Positions 21,220-32,035 are shown, counted from the first letter of the stretch. The stretch: 64,000 bases of DNA from an uncultured bacterium (GCA_963801165.1 CAWDDT010000011.1:320001-384000), one strand, 5' to 3'. The notes: a model not told the origin generated them from the sequence alone. A program made the numbers and translations.

Positions 21220-23551
21220 ATGGACCAGAAGGAACTCCGCACGCTCGAGGAGAGGTGCATACAGGACTGTGCCCCGACGTGCACCTCGCGGTGCCCGGTT
21301 CATGTCGACGTGAAGGCGATGACCGCCGCAGTGGGGAGCGGCGACGTCTCTGCCGCCCTGGCCACCTTCATGCGCTCGGTGCCCTTCCCCGGGATCATCT
21401 CGCACGTCTGCGACCGGCCGTGCGAGGACGTCTGCATCTACAACAACATCGGCAACCCGATCGCCATCAGGGCCATAGAGCGCACCTGTGTCGAGCAGGG
21501 CCGGCGCCCCGACGGCACAGCGAACCGTCGCCCGAAGCGCTCGGAACGAGTCGCCGTCATCGGTGGCGGCATCAGCGGGCTCGCCGCCGCACACGACCTC
21601 GCTAAGAAGGGGTATCAGGTCACCGTGTTCGAATCGGGTGACCGGCTCGGCGGCAGCCTGTGGAAAGCCGGCCGTGACTACCTCCCCGCCGAAGTCATAG
21701 AAGCGGACCTCGAGATCCTCCCGATGCTCGATGTCGATGTCCGGCTCGGCGTCACGATCGACATGCCCATCGGCACGCTCGTCGGCGATTTCGATGCGGT
21801 TTACGTCGCTACCGGACCCGGTCGTGCCGCCGTCCATCGGTCTCCCCCGCGACGACAACGGCAACGTCATCGTCGACCCGGTCACCTTCGGCACGCCCGT
21901 CGATGGGGTTTTCGCAGGTGGTGGCCTGCTGTGGGGTCACGAGATGCACTCGTCGATCACTTCCATCTCCGAAGGCAGGCGAGCGGGCATCTCCATCGAC
22001 CGTTTCCTGCAAGAGGTGTCCCTAACCGCATCTCGATCCGGTGAGGGCCCATACGAGTCGTGCCTGTACACCGACCTCGAGGAAGTCGAGGCCCGGCCCC
22101 GCATCGAAATGGGCCACCCCGACGATGGCTACGAATGGTACGAGGCCATGCTCGAAGCACAGCGATGTCTCCAGTGCGAATGCATGGAGTGCGTCAAGGT
22201 GTGCCAGTACCTCGAGGACTACGGCAAGTATCCCCGCAAGTACGTGCGCGAGATCTACAACAACCTGTCCATCGTCCAGGGGACGCGCCACGCCAACAAG
22301 TTCATCAACTCGTGCAGCACCTGCGGGTTGTGCGCCGAGGTTTGCCCCACCGATGTCGATATGGGCGAAATAGTCCTCGATGCTCGCCGCACCATGGTCG
22401 AGCAGGGGCGAATGCCGCCTTCGGCGCACGACTTCGCCTTACGGGACATGCAATTCAGCAACGGCGAGAAGTTCGCCGTCGCCAAGAACCCTCCTGGCAC
22501 GGACACCAGCACCTATGTGCTCTTCCCCGGGTGCCAGCTGTCCGCTTCATCGCCGCAGCACGTCGAAAAGCTCTACGGCCATCTCACGTCGCAACTGCCC
22601 GGCGAGGACGTCGGGCTGATGCTCGGGTGCTGCGGATCCCCGGCCAAATGGGCAGGCCGCACCGACCTCTTCGACGAGACGATAAGCAAGTGGCAGGGCG
22701 AGCTCGACGCCATGGGCAACCCGACCGTCGTGCTGCCCTGCTCGAGTTGCTTCCAGGTGTTCAAGACGGCACTGCCCGACGTCGAGATCGTGTCGCTGTG
22801 GGAGTTGTTGGACGACAAAGGAATCACGCCGGAGACCATCGTCGGCGAGCCCCGCACCGTGTCGATCCACGACCCGTGCACGACGAGGCACGAGACCGGG
22901 ATACACGACAGCATCCGCCGCATGGTGGGCGACATGGGCTACGAGATCGACGAGCTGAAGGCAAGCAGAGAGAAGACAAGCTGCTGCAGCTACGGCGGCC
23001 ACACCTGGCTGGCCAACCGCGATCTGTCGACCCGCATTATCGAGCGTCGCATCTCCGAGAACGATGCCGACTACGTCACCTACTGCGCCATGTGCCGTGA
23101 CTTCTTTGCCTCCAAAGGCAAGCGCACTCTCCACGTGCTCGACCTGATGTTCGAGACCGACGTCGAGAGGCGGGCCGAGCGCACCGGGCCGGGTTACTCT
23201 CAACGGCACGAGAACCGCGCCCGGCTCAAGCGCAGGCTGTTGAAGGAGATCTGGGGAGAGACCATGGCTGGTGAGGAGCAATACGAGTCGATCATCCTGA
23301 GGCTTTCCGACGATGTGGCCGCCCGGCTCGACGACCGCCTCATCCTGATCGAGGACATCCAGCGTGTCATCGAATATGCCGAGCGAACCGGGCGCAGGCT
23401 CGCCAACCGCGAAACCGGCCACCTCCTCGCTTATCACCGGCCCGATGCCGTCACCTACTGGGTCGAGTACCTGCCCACCGACAACGGCGCCTACGAGATC
23501 TTCAACGCCTACAGCCATAGGATGGAGATCCCGGGGAGCACCGATACATGA
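21220..23551 (+). CDS. Pyridine nucleotide-disulfide oxidoreductase / dicluster / CCG-domain Fe-S protein; frameshift near 21820
   Basis: CAPTCTSRCP, ISHVCDRPCE, VAVIGGGISG; continues in the +1 frame with RCLQCECMECVKVC, CSTCGLCAEVCP, FPGCQL, CCG, HDPC, CCSYGG, YCAMC. Confidence 0.85.
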
Positions 23552-23766
23552 GTCCGGACGAGGAGACGATTCTCGGCGACGAGTCCAACTGGCTATGTGC
23601 CAACTGTGGGGTTCCACTCGAGATATCCAAGGTCAACGTTGCCTATCTCGGCAGTGGCTTTCCGGTCGATCTCGCCCGCTGCCCCAACTGCGGTCTCGTC
23701 TTCATCCCCGAGGAATTGGCGTTGGGGAGGATGCTCGACGTCGAGCAGCAACTCGAGGACAAGTGA
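23548..23766 (+). CDS. Small double-CxxC protein (DVU_1557-like)
   Basis: WLCANC..CPNCG..EQQLEDK; ATGA overlap with upstream gene. Confidence 0.8.
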   Translation: MSPDEETILGDESNWLCANCGVPLEISKVNVAYLGSGFPVDLARCPNCGLVFIPEELALGRMLDVEQQLEDK

Positions 23767-23770
23767 CGTC

Positions 23771-24520
23771 GTGGTCTCTGAGATGACAGTCAGGGTGTAC
23801 GAGCGGACCCATGCCGCCGGTCTCGTCGATGACATCATCCGTCCCGGCGGTCTGGCGCTGACCAACGCAATGGTCGACCGTGCGGGTCTCCAGGCCGGTG
23901 ACCTCGTCCTCGACATCGGGTGTGGTCCGGCCGCCAGCATCGAGCACCTCCGGAGCGACCGGGGCCTCGAGATGATCGGCCTGGATCACTCGGCGGCGTT
24001 GCTCGCTGCGGCTCGCGCCAACACGGCCGCACCGCTGGTGCGCGGCGACGGAGGCCGGCTGCCTTTCCGCGACGCCTCGATCGACGCCGTCATCGCCGAG
24101 TGCACCATGTCGCTCATGCCCGACATCAGCGGCGCGCTGAGCGAGATCAGCAGGGTGCTTCGACCCGGTGGCTCTCTGCTGTGCTCGGATATCTACGCAC
24201 GTGACCCCGACGGAGCGGCCGCCCTCCAAGCGCTCCCGTTCGAGTCGTGCATCCGCGGTGCGCTGGGCCGCGACGAGATCCTCGGGCTGGTAGCCAACCA
24301 CGGATTCGAGGTCGCGTCCTGGGAGGACCGGAGCGGGGAGCTGCGATCGTTCGCAGCGCAGCTGGTTTGGCGCGGCGGGTCGATGCGCACGTTCTGGTGC
24401 CGGACCGGGGGTGCGGGTGATCCCGACGCGGTCGAGGCGGCGGTGGACGGGGCACGACCCGGCTACTACTCGATGGTTGCAAGAAAACCAGACGATCTGT
24501 CCGCCGAGGAAAAACGATGA
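23771..24520 (+). CDS. Class I SAM-dependent methyltransferase (DVU_1556-like)
   Basis: IRPGGLALT, VLDIGCG, LPFRDASIDAVIAEC, RVLRPGG; start codon uncertain (23771 or 23783). Confidence 0.85.
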   Translation: MVSEMTVRVYERTHAAGLVDDIIRPGGLALTNAMVDRAGLQAGDLVLDIGCGPAASIEHLRSDRGLEMIGLDHSAALLAAARANTAAPLVRGDGGRLPFRDASIDAVIAECTMSLMPDISGALSEISRVLRPGGSLLCSDIYARDPDGAAALQALPFESCIRGALGRDEILGLVANHGFEVASWEDRSGELRSFAAQLVWRGGSMRTFWCRTGGAGDPDAVEAAVDGARPGYYSMVARKPDDLSAEEKR

Positions 24521-24957
24521 AGACAAGCGAACGTGTCGAAGAGCTCGGCCGCCAGGGCCTGCACTGCAGCCAGATCCTGCTGACGCTCGGTCTCGAGCTT
24601 CGCGGAGAGGAGAACCCACAGCTCGTGAAGTCGGTTGCGGGTCTGGCAGGTGGCATGGGCTTCAGCGGCAGGACCTGCGGCACGCTTACGGGCGCTGCCT
24701 GCCTGATCGGCCTCTACGCCGGCCGGGGATCGTTCGAGGACGAGGAGGACTACCGGCTCCAGCTGCTGGTCACCCAGCTGGTCGAATGGTTCGAGGACCG
24801 TTTCGGCGGCGAGTATGGCGGCACCAGCTGCGACGACATCCTCGACGGCAAGTCGAGCAACATGCTGCTGCGGTGCCCCGGCATCGTCACCGAGACCTTC
24901 CAGAAGGTCAAGGAGCTGCTGATCGAGGAAGGTTTCGATCTGGCAGGCGAACTATGA
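24517..24957 (+). CDS. C-GCAxxG-C-C family putative redox protein
   Basis: HCSQ, GLAGG, TCGTLTGA, SC..I and C..IV motifs. Confidence 0.85.
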   Translation: MKTSERVEELGRQGLHCSQILLTLGLELRGEENPQLVKSVAGLAGGMGFSGRTCGTLTGAACLIGLYAGRGSFEDEEDYRLQLLVTQLVEWFEDRFGGEYGGTSCDDILDGKSSNMLLRCPGIVTETFQKVKELLIEEGFDLAGEL

Positions 24958-26342
24958 GCGACACACCCTTTCCCGAAGCCATCTTGACAACCACAGAAAG
25001 CGTCTGTCCCGAGTGTCTGGCACGCATCCCGGGTGACAACGTTGCCGCCGGGGAGGATGTCTACCTGGCCAAGACCTGCCCCGAGCACGGCGAATTCCGT
25101 ACTGTCGTCTGGCGAGGAGCCCCCGACTTCGTGGGCTGGGCGCGTCCCAAGGCCCCCGCCTACCCGAGCTCACCGTCCACCAACCTCGACCTCGGCTGCC
25201 CCTTCGACTGCGGGCTCTGCCCCGATCACCGCCAGCAGACCTGCACCGCGCTCCTCGAAGTCACCCAGCGTTGCGACCTGCGTTGTTCGTTCTGTTTCGC
25301 CTCGGCGGGTCCGGACGGTCCCCCGGACCCGGACCTGGCCACCATCGAAAGCTGGTATCGCGGTCTGCTGGCGTCGAACGGGCCGTGCAACATCCAGCTG
25401 TCGGGCGGTGAACCGACCATGCGCGATGACCTCCCCGATATCGTTGCTCTCGGCAAATCGCTCGGTTTCGAGTTCATCCAGGTCAACAGCAACGGTCTCC
25501 GTCTGGCCCGTGACGAGGCGTACGTCAGGAAACTGGCCGAAGCCGGCCTAGCGTCGGTGTTCCTCCAGTTCGACGGAACGCGCGACGACATTCACCGCGT
25601 TACCCGGGGCAGGCGCATGCTCGCCCAAAAGATCGACGCGATCGAGCAATGCGGCGCCCACGGCATCGGTGTCGTCCTCGTGCCCACCCTCGTCCCCGGC
25701 GTCAACACGAACGACATCGGCGCGATCATCCGCTTCGCCCTCGATCGCTTCCCCTATGTACGCGGCGTTCATTTCCAACCCGTCACCTACCTCGGTCGCT
25801 ACCCGACCCCGCCGTCGGACGCCGACCGGATCACGATTCCTGAGGTGATCCGGGCCATCGACGAGCAAACCGACGGGCTCATCACCGCCGACACACTCAC
25901 AACCGGCGGTTGCGAGAACGCCCGTTGCTCGCTGCACGGCAACTACGTTGTGATGCCGGACGGTTCCCTAGCACCCTGGACCCGCCATCAGCCCGAAGCG
26001 TGCTGCACACCGAAGTCGGCGGCCGAAGGGGCAGCCCAGACCCGCCAGTTCGTCGCCGATCACTGGTCCGGAAACACGGAAGGCGCGGGGACCTTCATCC
26101 CGCTCGGCCAGGTGGGTCGCCGCCCGCTCGGTGACTGGGACGTCTTTCTGGAACGCCAGCAGACGCACACATTTTGCGTGTCGGGTATGGCGTTCCAGGA
26201 TGCGTGGACGCTCGATCTGGAACGGCTTCGCGACTGCTGCATCCACACGGTCGCCCCCGACGGTCGCATCATCCCCTTCTGTGCCTACAACCTGACCGAC
26301 AGCTTCGGGAAAGCGCTTTACCGCGGCGCAACGGTGGGATGA
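24954..26342 (+). CDS. trsS: Radical SAM protein, TrsS-like (Cys form)
   Basis: SVCPEC, KTCPEHG, GCPFDCGLCPDH, CxxxCxxC (RCDLRCSFCFA), QLSGGEPT, RLRDCCIH, IPFCAYN; context matches the Mop-accessory neighbourhood. Confidence 0.8.
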   Translation: MSDTPFPEAILTTTESVCPECLARIPGDNVAAGEDVYLAKTCPEHGEFRTVVWRGAPDFVGWARPKAPAYPSSPSTNLDLGCPFDCGLCPDHRQQTCTALLEVTQRCDLRCSFCFASAGPDGPPDPDLATIESWYRGLLASNGPCNIQLSGGEPTMRDDLPDIVALGKSLGFEFIQVNSNGLRLARDEAYVRKLAEAGLASVFLQFDGTRDDIHRVTRGRRMLAQKIDAIEQCGAHGIGVVLVPTLVPGVNTNDIGAIIRFALDRFPYVRGVHFQPVTYLGRYPTPPSDADRITIPEVIRAIDEQTDGLITADTLTTGGCENARCSLHGNYVVMPDGSLAPWTRHQPEACCTPKSAAEGAAQTRQFVADHWSGNTEGAGTFIPLGQVGRRPLGDWDVFLERQQTHTFCVSGMAFQDAWTLDLERLRDCCIHTVAPDGRIIPFCAYNLTDSFGKALYRGATVG

Positions 26343-27601
26343 GAATCACACCACTCGACCCTTGGATTGCCGAACGGATCGGCATCGGGTCGCTTGTGAC
26401 CCGCTCCGCACTCGAGACATATCAGCTCCACCGGCTCAACGACACCCTGGCACTGGCTGCGACCGGCAGCCGCTTCTACAAGGGCCGGATCCCGCAACAC
26501 GTCAACAGCCTCGACGAGCTGGCGACCCTTCCCTTCACGACGGCGGACGACATACGCAAACACCCGCTGCGATTCGTCTGCGGTTCGCAGGGTCGTATCG
26601 ACCGGGTGGTTACGCTCGACACGTCCGGCACCACCGGGCGTCCGAAGCGGATCGCCTTCACCGCCGCGGACCAGGAGCTCACCATCGACTTCTTCGCCGT
26701 CGGCATGGCGACATTCACCCGGGACGGAGACCGGGTGGCGATATTGCTCCCAGGCGGGACACCCGGGAGCGTCGGCGATCTCCTTGCGACCGCCCTCAGA
26801 CGGATCGGAGCGACCCCGCTGCTGCACGGGCCCGTCTTCGACGTGCCTGCCAGCCTGCGGCGACTCGTCGACGATCGCATCGACGTGGCGGTGGGCATAC
26901 CCACACACATGTTGGCTATGGCTCGCTACCCGGCACCACAGCCCTCCCTCCGGGAATTGCTGGTGAGCACCGACCACCTGCCGGATCCGATCCGCCACGC
27001 TCTCGAGGCCACATGGGGCTGCACCGTGTATGACCACTACGGCATGACCGAGATGGGGCTCGGCGGTGGCGTGGAATGCGGAGCGCACGACGGATACCAC
27101 ATGCGTGAAGCCGACATGGTCTTCGAGATCGTCGACCCTTTCACCGGGAGCCTGATCGGGGACGGGCAGATGGGTGAGGTCGTCCTGACCACGATCACGA
27201 GATTCGGGATGCCGCTCATCCGCTACCGGACCGGTGACGTGAGCCGGCTGCTCCCCGGCACGTGTGGCTGCGGATCCGCCGTCGCCCGGCTGCAGGGCAT
27301 CGACAGGCGGCTGGATGGGTTGGTCGAAATCGCCGGGACACCGCTCGCCATGCCCGAACTCGACGCCGTGCTGTTTTCCATCGACGGGATCATCGGCTTC
27401 GACGCAACGGTGACTACGGCAGGTACCACGGACCGCCTCACTGTCGCCGTCACCACGACGGGAACCTGGGAACCCGGTCGAATCCGATCCGCCCTCGTAG
27501 CAGATCTGCCGCAGCTATCCCTCGTCGAACTCCGCATCGAGCAGGCCGATTCCGGGGCTCCGGTGTTGGGCAAGCGCAGGATCATAGATCGCCGGTCCTA
27601 A
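26339..27601 (+). CDS. Phenylacetate-CoA ligase-like AMP-dependent ligase (DVU_1553-like)
   Basis: LPFTT, TSGTTGRPK, HYGMTE, PLIRYRTGD, CGCG. Confidence 0.88.
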   Translation: MRITPLDPWIAERIGIGSLVTRSALETYQLHRLNDTLALAATGSRFYKGRIPQHVNSLDELATLPFTTADDIRKHPLRFVCGSQGRIDRVVTLDTSGTTGRPKRIAFTAADQELTIDFFAVGMATFTRDGDRVAILLPGGTPGSVGDLLATALRRIGATPLLHGPVFDVPASLRRLVDDRIDVAVGIPTHMLAMARYPAPQPSLRELLVSTDHLPDPIRHALEATWGCTVYDHYGMTEMGLGGGVECGAHDGYHMREADMVFEIVDPFTGSLIGDGQMGEVVLTTITRFGMPLIRYRTGDVSRLLPGTCGCGSAVARLQGIDRRLDGLVEIAGTPLAMPELDAVLFSIDGIIGFDATVTTAGTTDRLTVAVTTTGTWEPGRIRSALVADLPQLSLVELRIEQADSGAPVLGKRRIIDRRS

Positions 27602-27835
27602 CAACGGTCTTTGCGATTCGGGACCATCGTCTCTAGTGAAGATTCGGTAATCAGCATATTTTGCGAGTTGGTCACCCGACCGCGGCGCGATAGGAATTCA
27701 GGCTGCAAACTTCAAAGGAGGGAGACCAGAGAAGCACCAAAAGCAGGCGCCAGGCGACCGGAAGACGCCAGCTGAGGTTCATCGCCCCGCCGCCGGTACG
27801 AGCCAAAACCAACAATTCGTCGAGGAGGAAAGCGA

Positions 27836-30571
27836 GTGCAGAACAAACCCCTCGTTGTAAACGGTCTCAAGCAGGCCGTAATCGCCGATCCCGAACAGAC
27901 TCTTGTCGATGTGCTCCGGGAGCAACTCGGCCTGACCGGCACCAAAGTCTCGTGTGACACTGGTCACTGCGGTGCCTGCTCGGTCCTGATCGACGGCAAA
28001 CTCAAACTCTCGTGCATCACCAAGATGCGCCAGGTCCCGGTTGGGGCCGCCATCACCACGGTCGAGGGCATCGGAACGCCCGAGCAGATGCATCCGATCC
28101 AGGAGGCCATCGCTGCTTACGGCGGCGCCCAGTGCGGTTTCTGCACACCCGGATTCGTTGTCTCGGCGAAGGCCCTGCTCGACCATAACGCAGACCCCGG
28201 CCGCGAAGAGGTCCGCGAGTGGTTCAGCCGTCATCACAACGCGTGCCGCTGCACCGGCTACAAGCCGATCGTCGATGCGGTCATGGATGCTTCTCGTGCG
28301 ATGCGGGGCGAGGAAACAGCCAAGCCGCTCAAGTTCGAGCTGCCTGAAGACGGCCGGATTTGGGGCAGCGAGATCCCGCGCCCGACCGCGATCGCCAAGG
28401 TCACGGGCACGTTGGACTACGGCCAGGACCTCGGCCTCAAGATGCCGAAGGACACCCTCCAGCTCGCCCTGGTGCAGGCGAAGGTCTCCCACGCCAACAT
28501 CCTGTCGATCGACACCTCCGAAGCCGAGGCAATGCCGGGTGTCTACAAGGTGCTCACGCACAAGGACGTCCAGGGCAAGAACCGGATCACCGGTCTCATC
28601 ACCTTCCCGACCAACGAAGGCGACGGGTGGGATCGTCCGATCCTCTGTGAGGACAAGGTGTTCCAGTATGGCGACGCCATCGCCATTGTCGCTGCCGATA
28701 CCGAGGCAAATGCCCGGGCAGCGGCCGACATGGTGAAGGTCGAGCTCGAGGCGCTCCCGGCGTATATGAGCGCACCCGAGGCGATGGCGGACGATGCCAT
28801 CGAGATCCACCCTGGAACCCCGAACGTCTACTTCAAACAGCCCATCAAGAAGGGCGAAGATACCAGGCCGATCATGGACAGCGCGGCTTACGTGGTGGAA
28901 GACAGCTTCTACCTGCAGCGGCAGCCGCACCTGACCATCGAGAGCGATGTGGGCTTCGCCTACTTCGATGACGAGGACAGGTTGACGATCCACTCCAAGA
29001 GCATCGGGCTGTTCCTGCATCATGCGATGATCGCTCCGGGCCTCGGTGTCGAGCCCGAAAAGCTGCGTCTGGTCCAGAATCCGGCTGGTGGCACGTTCGG
29101 CTACAAGTTCTCCCCGACGATGGAAGCGCTGCTCGGTGTCGCCGCTCTGGCGACTGGCAAGCCGGTCTATCTCGAGTACGACTACGAGCAGTACATGACC
29201 TACACCGGGAAGCGGTCGCCGTTCTTCATCGACTTGAAGCTGGCCGCCGACGAGGATGGCAAGCTGCTCGCCATGGAGAGCGACTGGTCAGTCGACCATG
29301 GTCCTTACTCCGAGTTCGGCGATCTGTTGACCCTACGTGGTGCGCAGTACATGGGTGCCGGCTACAACATCCCGAACATCCGGGGCATTGGGCGCACAGT
29401 TGCTACCAACCATGCATGGGGTTCAGCGTTCCGCGCATACGGCTCGCCGCAGGCGTTCCTGGCCTCGGAGAGTCTGATGGACGAGCTGGCCGAGAAGATG
29501 GGCATCGACCCGCTCGAGCTTCGCTACCGGAACGTCTATCGCCCGGGCGACACGACTCCAACGGGTCAAGCCCCTGAGGTGTACACGTTCCCCGAGATGA
29601 TCGACAAGATGCGTCCCCTATACGAGGAGGCGCTCGCCAAGGCCAAGGCTGAATCGACACCCGAGGTCAAGAAGGGCGTCGGCGTATCGGTCGGCATCTA
29701 CGGATGTGGTCTCGACGGTGCCGATGGCGCTGCCGCCGACATCGAGCTGACCCCCGACGGGGTAGCAGTCTACGCCACCTGGCAGGATCACGGCCAGGGC
29801 GCCGACATGGGTGTGCTGGGCACGGCCCATGAGGCATTGCGACCGCTCGGGCTGCGTCCCGAGCAGATCGAGCTGAGGCTCAATGACACGGCAACGGCCC
29901 CCAACGGCGGTCCCGCCGGCGGTAGCCGGAGCCAGGTCATGATCGGCAACGCCATCAAGGACGGCTGCGAGAAGCTGGTCGAAGCGTTGCGCTTCAACGG
30001 CGGCTTCCGCTCCTACGACGAGATGGTGACAGCCGGTCTGCCGTTGAAGTACAACGGCGCCTGGACCGCGTCGATGAACAGCAACTGCGATGCCGAGACG
30101 GCACAGGGCGACCCGTTCGCCGTCTACATGTACGGCGTGTTCCTGGCCGAGGTTGCGGTCGAGATGGCGACCGGCAAGACCATTGTCGAGGGCATCACCG
30201 CCATTTCGGACATCGGCAAGATCAACAACAAGCTCGTTGTTGACGGCCAGATGTACGGCGGCATCGCCCAGGGCATCGGTCTGGCGCTGTCCGAGGACTT
30301 CGAGGACATCAAGGCGCACTCCACCATGCGTGGCGCCGGTATCCCGATGGCCAAGGACATCCCGGACAAGATCGATCTGTACTACATCGAGACCCCTCGT
30401 GAGCACGGACCGTTCGGAGCCGCAGGCGTTGGTGAGCTGCCGCTGACCTCGCCGCATGTGGCGATCGTGAACGCAATCAAGAACGCCACCGGCGTTCGGA
30501 TCACGCATCTGCCGGCACGGCCGGAGAAGGTGCTGGCCGGTATCAAGGCGCTCGAGGGTGTAACCGTCTGA
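27836..30571 (+). CDS. mop: Molybdopterin-dependent aldehyde oxidoreductase (single-chain 2x[2Fe-2S] + Moco, Mop type)
   Basis: CDTGHCGAC, QCGFC, CRCTGY, GGTFGYK, AFRAYGSPQ, GVGELP; 911 aa with no FAD domain; RBS GAGGAGG. Confidence 0.92.
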   Translation: MQNKPLVVNGLKQAVIADPEQTLVDVLREQLGLTGTKVSCDTGHCGACSVLIDGKLKLSCITKMRQVPVGAAITTVEGIGTPEQMHPIQEAIAAYGGAQCGFCTPGFVVSAKALLDHNADPGREEVREWFSRHHNACRCTGYKPIVDAVMDASRAMRGEETAKPLKFELPEDGRIWGSEIPRPTAIAKVTGTLDYGQDLGLKMPKDTLQLALVQAKVSHANILSIDTSEAEAMPGVYKVLTHKDVQGKNRITGLITFPTNEGDGWDRPILCEDKVFQYGDAIAIVAADTEANARAAADMVKVELEALPAYMSAPEAMADDAIEIHPGTPNVYFKQPIKKGEDTRPIMDSAAYVVEDSFYLQRQPHLTIESDVGFAYFDDEDRLTIHSKSIGLFLHHAMIAPGLGVEPEKLRLVQNPAGGTFGYKFSPTMEALLGVAALATGKPVYLEYDYEQYMTYTGKRSPFFIDLKLAADEDGKLLAMESDWSVDHGPYSEFGDLLTLRGAQYMGAGYNIPNIRGIGRTVATNHAWGSAFRAYGSPQAFLASESLMDELAEKMGIDPLELRYRNVYRPGDTTPTGQAPEVYTFPEMIDKMRPLYEEALAKAKAESTPEVKKGVGVSVGIYGCGLDGADGAAADIELTPDGVAVYATWQDHGQGADMGVLGTAHEALRPLGLRPEQIELRLNDTATAPNGGPAGGSRSQVMIGNAIKDGCEKLVEALRFNGGFRSYDEMVTAGLPLKYNGAWTASMNSNCDAETAQGDPFAVYMYGVFLAEVAVEMATGKTIVEGITAISDIGKINNKLVVDGQMYGGIAQGIGLALSEDFEDIKAHSTMRGAGIPMAKDIPDKIDLYYIETPREHGPFGAAGVGELPLTSPHVAIVNAIKNATGVRITHLPARPEKVLAGIKALEGVTV

Positions 30572-30593
30572 GCGACTAGATAGCGGGTGACCT

Positions 30594-30630
30594 GGGAGGG
30601 GCGGTGGCCGTAGCCACCGCCCCTCCCTTT
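30594..30630 (+). terminator. Rho-independent terminator
   Basis: 15-bp stem GGGAGGGGCGGTGGC-cgta-GCCACCGCCCCTCCC plus TTT. Confidence 0.8.
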
Positions 30631-30743
30631 CCCTGGCCATGCGCGGGGACGTCGCCGCGACGTGTCGGTGCGATCAGAGCAGCCGGCCGTCCCCACCCTG
30701 CGGAGCGGCGCATATTTGTCCCGAGAATCTTCGGGAATCCACC

Positions 30744-31949
30744 TCAGCCGAGTTCTTCGATCTGCCCTTCGAGGAATCGCCGATCCCTGTTGTTCAGAGC
30801 GAGATCTGCGGCTCGCCGGTAGGCGGTACGCGCGGCATCGACACGGCCGAGGCGCCGCAACACCGAGCCGCGGGCCGCATGAAAGAACGGGTAGTTGTCG
30901 AGGTCTTCAGACAGTGGATCGAGGGCGGCCAAGGATGCAGCGGGCCCTTCCGACTCCGCTAGGGCAATGGCGCGGTTGAGAGCAACAATCGGTGTCGGCT
31001 GGAGGACGAGCAGATGATCGTAGAGCGCGATGATCTGCGTCCAGTCGGTTTCGTCGAATGTCCTGGCATCACAATGGACCGCCTGGATTGACGCTTGGAG
31101 TTGGTAGGGCCCTGGCTTGTTGCGGCGAACACATGCCCTGACGATGGCGTGCCCCTCGTCGATGAGAGATCGATCCCACTGCGATCGATCCTGGTCTCTC
31201 AGGACCACTACCGATCCGTCGCTCATACGTGCCGGCTGCCGAGCCTCGCCCAGCAGCATCAGCGCGACGAGACCTGCTGCCTCGGGTTCGTCTGGCATCA
31301 GCTGAACGATTGACCGCCCGAGCCGAAGAGCGTCGGCACGAAGGGAGGCCCGCTCCGGATCATCCGCCCCGGTGTTGTAGATGAGGTAAACCACCGAGAG
31401 GACCGAACGGAGACGATGCGGAAGCTCGCTAGCGGAAGGCACTCGATAGGGGATCTTGGCGGCCTTGATCTTGTACCTGGCGCGGACGAGCCGTTTCGCC
31501 ATCGCCGCCTCGCTCACCAGGAACGACCGGGCAATTTCGCCGACGCTGAGACCACCGAGGAGTCTGAGGGTGAGCGCCACCTGATGCTCGGTGCGCAACG
31601 CCGGATGGCAGCAAGTGAAGATGAGCCGGAGTTGGTCGTCTGCGACGACATCCGCATCGAGCACCTCTATGTCGGGAGGTGCCGGCTGTGTTCCCGCGGC
31701 ACCGAGTTGCTCGACGAGTTCTCGACCACGCCCTACCCGGCGGAGTTGATCGATGGCACGGTTTCGGGCGGTCGTGACCACCCAGCCGGCCGGGTTGGGC
31801 GGGATCCCGTTGGAGCGCCATCGGTCGGCGGCAACAACAAACGCATCCTGGACGGCATCTTCGGCGAGCGTGATGTCGCCGAAGATGCGAACGAGAGTCG
31901 CCACCGCCTGCCCGTAGGCGTCGCGGAAGACTCTCTCGACCTCATTCAT
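30744..31949 (-). CDS. ECF sigma factor with C-terminal TPR-like extension (ECF42-like)
   Basis: AEDAVQDAF, WVVTTARNRAID, DDQLRLIFTCCHPAL, QDRSQWD, GPYQLQA; adjacent YciI/DGPF gene. Confidence 0.9.
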   Translation of the reverse strand: MNEVERVFRDAYGQAVATLVRIFGDITLAEDAVQDAFVVAADRWRSNGIPPNPAGWVVTTARNRAIDQLRRVGRGRELVEQLGAAGTQPAPPDIEVLDADVVADDQLRLIFTCCHPALRTEHQVALTLRLLGGLSVGEIARSFLVSEAAMAKRLVRARYKIKAAKIPYRVPSASELPHRLRSVLSVVYLIYNTGADDPERASLRADALRLGRSIVQLMPDEPEAAGLVALMLLGEARQPARMSDGSVVVLRDQDRSQWDRSLIDEGHAIVRACVRRNKPGPYQLQASIQAVHCDARTFDETDWTQIIALYDHLLVLQPTPIVALNRAIALAESEGPAASLAALDPLSEDLDNYPFFHAARGSVLRRLGRVDAARTAYRRAADLALNNRDRRFLEGQIEELG

Positions 31950-32014
31950 AGTCGCGGATTCATCAGTCGCGGATTCACAGTCGCGGATTCACAGTCGCCC
32001 GGATTCACAGTCAC
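31944..32014. repeat. Tandem repeat of about 14 bp (CAGTCGCGGATTCA), 4-5 copies
   Basis: attcatagtcgcggattcatcagtcgcggattcacagtcgcggattcacagtcgcccggattcacagtcac, abutting the sigma factor start codon. Confidence 0.9.
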
Positions 32015-32035
32015 CCCGGAGCCCGGCGTCCCCCG

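Noticed and set aside
21220-27601. Selenocysteine read-through in the TrsS-like cluster
   Set aside because: Cys motifs use TGC/TGT, and the TGA codons seen are ordinary gene ends, mostly overlapping the next start
27602-27835. Possible Moco riboswitch upstream of mop
   Set aside because: I could not identify the conserved motif elements by eye; an Rfam/Infernal scan is needed
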